Shown one piece after another: positions 7,551 to 14,277 of a stretch of DNA of 18,360 bases. Within the stretch, counting starts at the first letter, position 1; every line of letters begins with the position of its first letter. The notes under the pieces are model-generated. The model was not told the origin of the DNA, searched no databases, and saw nothing but the letters and a program-made list of their open reading frames with translations. Made by a program: the position numbers and the translations under genes. The stretch is from an archaeon (lineage in GTDB: Archaea; Iainarchaeota; Iainarchaeia; Iainarchaeales; 0-14-0-20-34-12). The stretch lies in NCBI GenBank assembly GCA_038046645.1, contig JBBSVU010000006.1:194078-212437 (forward strand), in the 5' to 3' direction.

Positions 7551-8444
7551 ATGGACAAATATTTTCTTTACCTAAAGAGTTCTTTTTCTGCGCTTTTCTT
7601 CCTCATAGCTTTCGCATTTCTCATTTATTTGACCGAGCCTAAAAACTTGTTGGAAATCAAGCCAGATTTATTTCTTATTTCTGTGCTGCTGTATCTCGTA
7701 AGCATTATTATTCTGTCTTTTTTAGAATTTCTCTATTTAGGGAAATCCGCAAAAACAAATTTCGTGGGATACTCTAAAATATATTTTGCAACCATTTTTG
7801 CAGATATTAATGCGCGATTCAGCTCAGAATTCCTTCGGCAGAGAAAATTTGCAGAAGCAGATTTTAGCAAAGTTTCAGGAATAAAAAAAGCATCCCTTGC
7901 AATCCTTTTAATTTCTGCCCTTTGCATTCCACTGTTCCTTATCGCAGGGCTTTTCCTGCACAAATTTTTGATTCTTTTATTATATTTGGCATTTCTGCTT
8001 GTTTTTACCAATGAAAAATTCAATTCTTTATTCTGCACTTTATTTAGTAAATTTCTTGGGATTTTCCATCCAGCTAATTTTTTATTAACCCTGCCCTGCT
8101 TTGGCCCAAAAAAAGAGTTTATTGCATTTCTTATTATTTCGCTCTCTCTATTTTTGGAATTGGCTTCTTTTTATTTTATTTTTAGCTCCCTTAATATGGC
8201 CCTTAACCCCGTTTATTTAGTGTTATTCTTTGCAATTTTCAAAATCGCTGAATCTGTTAACTTTGCAAAAAGAAATATAGGGCTGGCTGAAGGCATAACA
8301 TTTATTTTTCTCTCAAATTTCTTTGCATTAGGCAAAATACCCCCAGTTATTATCCTTTCAATTAGTGCCAGAATCATAATCCCAATTAGCTTATCAATTT
8401 TATGGTTTTTATACTATAAACGAGAAGCAAAATTGCAGGGTTAA
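7551..8444 (+). CDS. Divergent flippase-like membrane protein (LPG_synthase_TM/UPF0104-like)
   Basis: About 8 TM segments. ARFSSEFLR and NIGLAEGITFIFL occupy the positions of the family's P..GE..R and G.G..E motifs. ATG 7551 (AGGA upstream) is preferred over TTG 7536. Confidence 0.55.
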   Translation: MDKYFLYLKSSFSALFFLIAFAFLIYLTEPKNLLEIKPDLFLISVLLYLVSIIILSFLEFLYLGKSAKTNFVGYSKIYFATIFADINARFSSEFLRQRKFAEADFSKVSGIKKASLAILLISALCIPLFLIAGLFLHKFLILLLYLAFLLVFTNEKFNSLFCTLFSKFLGIFHPANFLLTLPCFGPKKEFIAFLIISLSLFLELASFYFIFSSLNMALNPVYLVLFFAIFKIAESVNFAKRNIGLAEGITFIFLSNFFALGKIPPVIILSISARIIIPISLSILWFLYYKREAKLQG

Positions 8445-8447
8445 AAT

Positions 8448-10577
8448 ATGCAAAAAATCCCAATAACTAATCCGAAGGCATTTTTTGTTGGCTGCTTGCT
8501 TGTTTTTTTCCTGATTCTTTTATATTCATTTGGTTATTGGCATTCTTTTTCACAGAAGGAATCTTTTTCAGAGATTTATTTCCAAAAATATGCCAAAGAA
8601 ATAAGCACTGAAGATGCCTGCTTTGCCATCAATGTGCATTCTTTTAACCAAAAAATAGCCGATTCCATGCAAATACAAGTAAATTCCAAGCAGCATAGTT
8701 CCTTGCCAATAAATATTCCTGAAAATGAAGAAATGCAATTGGAAAAATGCCTGCCGAACAGTGCGCTATCTTTAGGGGATAATGTTATTTCTGCTTCTTT
8801 GGGCAATGATTCAATATTTTTCCATGTTTTGAAATCAAAAATTGCAAAAATATCTTATGCCGCTCAATTGCCAAAGAAAAGCACTGCAAATAAAGAACCA
8901 ATTTTTGCAAATCTGCTTTTTTTCATGCTTTTTATGCTCTCCTTTTTCTTTTTTACATATTTATTCTCCAAAAAATTCGGGCTTTTGCACGGCACAATTA
9001 TTTCAATTGCTATTTTTATCATTCAATCCCTATTCAGGATTTTTTTAGATTATTTTGGGATTCTGCAAAATGCTTTTTCACTGTACCTAGTTTATTTTGC
9101 GGCATTTTGCCTGGCTTATTTTTACCTTCCAAGAATTATCCAACCAGAAAAAAAAGATTCAGAAAATGATTTTGACAGAAAAGCATTTATTGCCTCGCTT
9201 ATCCTTGTTTGTTTTTTCATTTTTCTGCAGCTTTTTTCAGTTTCACATTTTTCCGAGTGGAATATCTATTATGAACGGCAGACATCACTTTTCATGGCAG
9301 ATAGCCTTTCTATTTATGACCCTTTGAGCTATTTAGGAAGGCCATTTACCTTTGATCCTGGTTATTTCCTCTTCGAATCAAATATAGCAAAGCTTTCTTC
9401 CCTTTCACAGGATTATCTCTTTGCCGCGAGCGCTTTCTTTGCAATTCTGCTCCTGTTTTTCAGCTCCTTATTCCTTGCCAAATCATTGAAATTCTCATTT
9501 CCCCAAGCAATGCTTTTCTTTATCCTGCTAATCACTTTGAATTTTAATTTTACAAACTTTTTGCTGTCCCCAAGGCACATAATAGCAGTTTCCCTAATGC
9601 TTTATGCATCAGCACTTTTCATCACTGACAAAAAAGCCTGGGTTTGGCTTGGTTTGGTTGCAGGTTCTTTAGCTGCAATCCAAATTCCTGCAGCAATATT
9701 CTTTGCCTTATTTTTATTTGCAATAGGCATTAATTCAAGGAATGATTTGCTAAATAAAAACAACATTTATGCTGCAGTCCTTGCTTTCGCAGTGTTCTTG
9801 TTTGCCTTTGCATCAATATTATTTAAGCATGGGCTGCCTTATACTGCAAAAATGAAGGATTGGGGTTATCTGCTGCATTTGGATAATGGCTGGCTTATGT
9901 TTGACATGAATATTGTCTATTATCTGCTTTTGTTTTTAATTTTGTTAGGCATTTTCTTGTTCAAATCAATGGATTGGGCAGATAGAAAGGTTTATGTTGC
10001 AATGCTGCTTTCCCTACTTTTGGAATTCACCCTGAGTTTTAGGTTTAATATAGTTACACAAGCGCTGTTTGCAATCTTTTTAATAAAATCCATTTTTTAC
10101 ATTCTGCCAAAAAGATACCCAAAAATTTTCTCCCAACCTTTGTTGGGGCTAGCTTTTGCCATTTTGCTCATATTCGCTAGTTATGCAACATTTGAAAATA
10201 TCCAAAAAGAACCTTCACAATTATCAACCTTGCAGGAATTAAGCCCGATGCTTTTTGCATCAAGGCTTCCTGAAGATTCAAACTTTTTGGTTGAGCCGTT
10301 ATACGGCCATTCTTTAGCCTATTTCGGAAAGCAAAAAGTTTTGGCAGATTTATATACTGAATATGCAGATACAAAAAAGCTTGATGCTGAATATGATTTT
10401 CTAGTGAATGGCAATAAAGCAGTGTTAGAAGAATATTCCATAAATTATGTGCTGATTTACAAGGCAGGGGTTCATACAAGTGCTCAGCCCTTTATCCAAT
10501 TCGATGCAAATTTTTCAATCCCTTATCTTTCTAAGGTTTATACTAACGGCCTTTTTGATCTTTATTCCACAGATTGA
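8448..10577 (+). CDS. Multi-pass GT-C-fold glycosyltransferase-like protein (STT3/AglB-like architecture)
   Basis: N-terminal anchor and ~115-aa soluble domain, then many TM helices with loop YDPLSYLGRPFTFDPGYF. The C-terminal soluble domain DSNFLVEPLYGHSLAYFGKQKVLAD...LEEYSINYVLI...KVYTNGLFDLY resembles the STT3 C-terminal core. Confidence 0.6.
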   Translation: MQKIPITNPKAFFVGCLLVFFLILLYSFGYWHSFSQKESFSEIYFQKYAKEISTEDACFAINVHSFNQKIADSMQIQVNSKQHSSLPINIPENEEMQLEKCLPNSALSLGDNVISASLGNDSIFFHVLKSKIAKISYAAQLPKKSTANKEPIFANLLFFMLFMLSFFFFTYLFSKKFGLLHGTIISIAIFIIQSLFRIFLDYFGILQNAFSLYLVYFAAFCLAYFYLPRIIQPEKKDSENDFDRKAFIASLILVCFFIFLQLFSVSHFSEWNIYYERQTSLFMADSLSIYDPLSYLGRPFTFDPGYFLFESNIAKLSSLSQDYLFAASAFFAILLLFFSSLFLAKSLKFSFPQAMLFFILLITLNFNFTNFLLSPRHIIAVSLMLYASALFITDKKAWVWLGLVAGSLAAIQIPAAIFFALFLFAIGINSRNDLLNKNNIYAAVLAFAVFLFAFASILFKHGLPYTAKMKDWGYLLHLDNGWLMFDMNIVYYLLLFLILLGIFLFKSMDWADRKVYVAMLLSLLLEFTLSFRFNIVTQALFAIFLIKSIFYILPKRYPKIFSQPLLGLAFAILLIFASYATFENIQKEPSQLSTLQELSPMLFASRLPEDSNFLVEPLYGHSLAYFGKQKVLADLYTEYADTKKLDAEYDFLVNGNKAVLEEYSINYVLIYKAGVHTSAQPFIQFDANFSIPYLSKVYTNGLFDLYSTD

Positions 10578-11433
10578 TTAATTTGCTAAGGCCAATAACT
10601 GAAAGCGTAATATAATTAGTAAACAAATATAACAGAGACACGGTAACAGCGCTTTCTGCGCTTATGCCCTTCATTGCAAGCATAAATATCATCCCAGCTT
10701 CCCTAGTCCCTAAACCTAAAAAGGTAATCGGCATTGTTTCAATCAATATGGTAATTGAAACAACCATGAGCAAGAATGTGAGTGATAGATTTATGCTAAG
10801 TGATTGCGCTATTAAATAGTAAATCAACACCGTACTAAGAAATGCTGCCGGCGTTAAAAAAATCAAAGGAATGATTGTTTTTTTGTTGCTAATTGCAGAT
10901 ATTGTTTCATTTGCTATATCTGTAATTTTTGACCTGAACCTTTTTATTGAAAAGGCAATTATTGCGGCAATGAGTATCAAGAACAGCATAATTATTTTTT
11001 GCGATGGCATAAAAACAACTTCAAGGTTTAATGCAAAAATGCTGAGCATTGCAATAAAGCAGACAAAAATTATGTCAGTTGCCCTGTCAGCAAGGACTGA
11101 AGCAACAGCCTTCTGCAATCCCAGGTGTTTTATGTATGCTGACCTTATAAAAATGCCCAATTTAAGAGGGGTAAGAAATCCAATCATTGTTCCGACACAG
11201 AATATCCTTACAGATTCAAATAACGAAGGCGCTTTTCCATAATGCTTGATTATTGTTTGCCATTTTAATCCGTGCAATATCAGGCTTAGGATTACTGCAA
11301 GCACAGCTAGCCCTAAAAAAGCAAAATTTGCCTTTTGTATATTTATTAATAATTTGCCCAAGTCTATTGTGCTTAGGATATAGCCAAAAATTATCAGGCC
11401 GATAAACCCTGGAAGTATCTTCTTTATTTCCAT
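10543..11433 (-). CDS. Flippase-like domain protein (lysylphosphatidylglycerol synthase TM region, UPF0104/AglD2-like)
   Basis: LHGLKWQTII, GFLTPLKLGIFIRSAY, SVLADRATD and MPITFLGLGTREAG are family-like motifs. About 8 TM segments. Confidence 0.85.
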   Translation of the reverse strand: MEIKKILPGFIGLIIFGYILSTIDLGKLLINIQKANFAFLGLAVLAVILSLILHGLKWQTIIKHYGKAPSLFESVRIFCVGTMIGFLTPLKLGIFIRSAYIKHLGLQKAVASVLADRATDIIFVCFIAMLSIFALNLEVVFMPSQKIIMLFLILIAAIIAFSIKRFRSKITDIANETISAISNKKTIIPLIFLTPAAFLSTVLIYYLIAQSLSINLSLTFLLMVVSITILIETMPITFLGLGTREAGMIFMLAMKGISAESAVTVSLLYLFTNYITLSVIGLSKLINLWNKDQKGR

Positions 11434-11604
11434 GACAAATAATGCAGGAAATGAGCTGTTAAATACTTATCTGAAGCTTAGTAGGGTTTAGCTTGTGAAG
11501 CATACTTGCACTTTAGATTCACCTTTTAAAGACAAATATCTTTATAATTATAAATAAATATATATGTGTAGACTAATAATTGAAGGAGATTAAGAGGCTA
11601 ATTC

Positions 11605-12987
11605 ATGGTTTTAATCATAGATTTGCTGGATGCAATAACCCAAATAATAACCCAAATATTTCTGCTTATTTGGCCAATTACCTCAAAAATGCTTGTTTTT
11701 GAGCCCCAGTTAAAGGTAATAAGCTACTTTTTCGGTTCCCTGTTTAGCGTATTCCTTGGTTTAGCAGCCATAATATCAACAGTTTACCTTATTATGGTGC
11801 TTTATGTTCTCTTTTTTGTTAATGGCAGGAAAGAGCCAGAAAAAGCGCTTGATTTCAAAAAAGCGCCATTTGTCAGCATTCATATTCCAACAAGAAATGA
11901 GTTAGCGGCAATAACCTGTGCCAAATGCTGCCTTGATTTTGATTACCCAAAAGACAAGATGGAAATTCTGATTGGGGATGACAGCGATAAGCCTGAAATA
12001 TCAGAAAAGCTCAGGGAATTCGCATTGAAAAATTCAAAATTAGTTAAAGTAATTAGGAGAGAGAAAAATATCGGTTTTAAATCAGGCAATTTAAATAACC
12101 TTATTGACCATTCCAAAGGGGATTTTTTTGTAATATTTGATTCTGATTATGTCCCACAAAAAGATTTCCTGAAAAGGATAATTTCTCCCTTGGTTGAAGA
12201 TAAAACTTTATCGGCAACCCAAGCAAGATGGAATCCAGCAAATGCAGACCAGAACTTTAGCTCAATTTTGGCAGCAAGCATAGTGTATGTTTTCCATTTA
12301 ATCTCGCTGCCATTTTTAAAGAAATTAAGCGGAACTGTGATGCTGTGTGGCTCTGCTGAAGCCGTAAGGCGCTCTGATTTGGAAGCATTGGGAAAATGGG
12401 AATTAGGCAGCTTAACCGAAGATATTGAATATTCATTTAGGCTTATTAAGGCAGATAAAAAAGTGCTTTATTTGGAAGGTTTGGAGTGCAGTTGTGAAGT
12501 GCCTTTTACCGCCAGAGATTTATATAGGCAGCAAATGCGGTGGGCTTATGGTGTAATAAAAGCGCTAAAAAAGCATTTCTTCAGCATATTGCAATCAAAA
12601 AATATATCATTCTCAAAAAAATTGCCATTATTCGTAGCAGGTATTGGCTATACCTTTACAACAATACTTTTCCTGCTGTTTATGAGCGGCATGATAACAT
12701 TAATCTCTCTGCCGGTTTATCCAAATTATGAGACAACAAGGTATCTTTTAATGAATACCCTGCTTAGCATATTGTTTACTATCGGGCCGGTATTTGCCAG
12801 TGTGCTTGTTTTGCTCATTAAGAAAAAGATAAGGTATGTCGCTAGGCTTTTGGTTTCAATATTCTCAATCGGCATAGTATCAATGGTTTATGTAAATTTA
12901 GGGGTAATAAAAGCGCTTGCAAACAAGCCAATGCAGTGGTTCCTTGTCAGCAAAAATAGCAATAATCTTGAATCAGAAGAACCCTAA
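11605..12987 (+). CDS. Processive GT2 glycosyltransferase, cellulose synthase-like (CesA/CSL type)
   Basis: D,D,D,QxxRW set: GDDSD, FKSGNLN, IFDSD, LTED, YRQQMRW. TM helices flank the catalytic domain, and SD-like AAGGAG/GAGG lies upstream. Confidence 0.9.
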   Translation: MVLIIDLLDAITQIITQIFLLIWPITSKMLVFEPQLKVISYFFGSLFSVFLGLAAIISTVYLIMVLYVLFFVNGRKEPEKALDFKKAPFVSIHIPTRNELAAITCAKCCLDFDYPKDKMEILIGDDSDKPEISEKLREFALKNSKLVKVIRREKNIGFKSGNLNNLIDHSKGDFFVIFDSDYVPQKDFLKRIISPLVEDKTLSATQARWNPANADQNFSSILAASIVYVFHLISLPFLKKLSGTVMLCGSAEAVRRSDLEALGKWELGSLTEDIEYSFRLIKADKKVLYLEGLECSCEVPFTARDLYRQQMRWAYGVIKALKKHFFSILQSKNISFSKKLPLFVAGIGYTFTTILFLLFMSGMITLISLPVYPNYETTRYLLMNTLLSILFTIGPVFASVLVLLIKKKIRYVARLLVSIFSIGIVSMVYVNLGVIKALANKPMQWFLVSKNSNNLESEEP

Positions 12988-12988
12988 T

Positions 12989-14233
12989 TTATTCAGTTTT
13001 CATTAATTCCCTTAAAACAACAGTCGCATAGCAGCTTTTTTCCAGGTCAAATGAAAGCTTGCAGCACATTTTCCCTTCATAAAAGTCATCTCCCCTTATT
13101 TCAATTATTTTCAAATCTTTGGGGAATATTACTAATTTTCTATATGCCCCTCTGCTTGAACATTCTGCAAGTGTTTTTAATTTAAAATCCTCGAATTTAA
13201 TATTTTCTTCTTCCAAAAGATTTTTTTCAATCTCTGCTATCTTTTCATTATCTGAGAATTTTGATTCATAGCCCGCTAATAATCCCATTGCTATGCCATC
13301 CTCTGATTTTTCCCCCTCTAATGCCATTAACCCTAAACCTAAATCTAATCTTTTGTCAATTATCTTGTTGAATAAATATCCTTGATATGCATGTGTAAAT
13401 AAAAACCTGAATTTTTTTGGCATTTTTGCAAAAGCCCCGGCAAAATCATTTGGATATTTGCATAAATGGTGGATCATCGACCTTTCAAACCTGTTTTTTA
13501 TGGGGAACATTTTTATTGCTGAGCTGAAATCTTCTGTTTCAGCCAGCTTTAACCTTGCTCTCCTTAAGTCCTCATCCTCTTTAATATCCGTAGCTGTCAA
13601 ATAAAGCATTACTGCATTTTTTATGTTTTCTTTAATTAATTCTTTTCCAACCAAGTGGCTTATGTTTCTTATCCCGCCAAACCTTTGTTCGCCATAATAA
13701 TTTGCTATTCCATTTTCATTAATCTCCTTAATGCCCTCAATAAGCCTTTTTTCTATTTCTTCCTTTGCCAAATTAATATTCCTAATTATCACCGTGAACC
13801 TGTTGCCCTTTAATTTGCCCAAATCAAGCTTCCAGTCTTCCCATGAAGGATTGCTCAACCTTAATCCTTTCCAATGCGTATCCCCAAGCAGCTTTAAATT
13901 AGGATTCCAAATACTTATCCTTTGGCAGGTTATGCCTCGTTTATCCTTTAGGCCGCCATATCCTATTCTTTTTGGGCTTATCTGCAGTTTTCTTGCAATA
14001 ATTCTTATTGCAAAATTCATATCCTGGTTTATTTTTTCCAAGTCAAAATGTAAATGTTCTTTATTATCAATATTTTCTGGCAATAAAATTTTCTCATGAG
14101 ACGCATTTTCCTGCGTAAAATATTTTACCTCACAGATGCGGCCATTTTCCTGAATCTCTTCCACGATAAAGTCAGCATATCTCCTTTTTATTTCCCCACC
14201 TGTTCCTTCACATTTCGTAAAATATTTTGCCAT
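12989..14233 (-). CDS. truD: tRNA pseudouridine(13) synthase TruD
   Basis: DFIVEE, catalytic GLKDKRGITCQ, LKGNRF, NYYGEQRFG, HAYQGYLFN, F.L.K.CYATVVLRE. Confidence 0.96.
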   Translation of the reverse strand: MAKYFTKCEGTGGEIKRRYADFIVEEIQENGRICEVKYFTQENASHEKILLPENIDNKEHLHFDLEKINQDMNFAIRIIARKLQISPKRIGYGGLKDKRGITCQRISIWNPNLKLLGDTHWKGLRLSNPSWEDWKLDLGKLKGNRFTVIIRNINLAKEEIEKRLIEGIKEINENGIANYYGEQRFGGIRNISHLVGKELIKENIKNAVMLYLTATDIKEDEDLRRARLKLAETEDFSSAIKMFPIKNRFERSMIHHLCKYPNDFAGAFAKMPKKFRFLFTHAYQGYLFNKIIDKRLDLGLGLMALEGEKSEDGIAMGLLAGYESKFSDNEKIAEIEKNLLEEENIKFEDFKLKTLAECSSRGAYRKLVIFPKDLKIIEIRGDDFYEGKMCCKLSFDLEKSCYATVVLRELMKTE

Positions 14234-14277
14234 TTAATCACAATCCTACTATAATTAGCATGCATTGCCAGTTAACT

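Noticed and set aside
11541..11554. Palindrome TTTATAATTATAAA as a specific operator
   Set aside because: It is pure A/T and adequately explained as TATA elements in a divergent promoter region.
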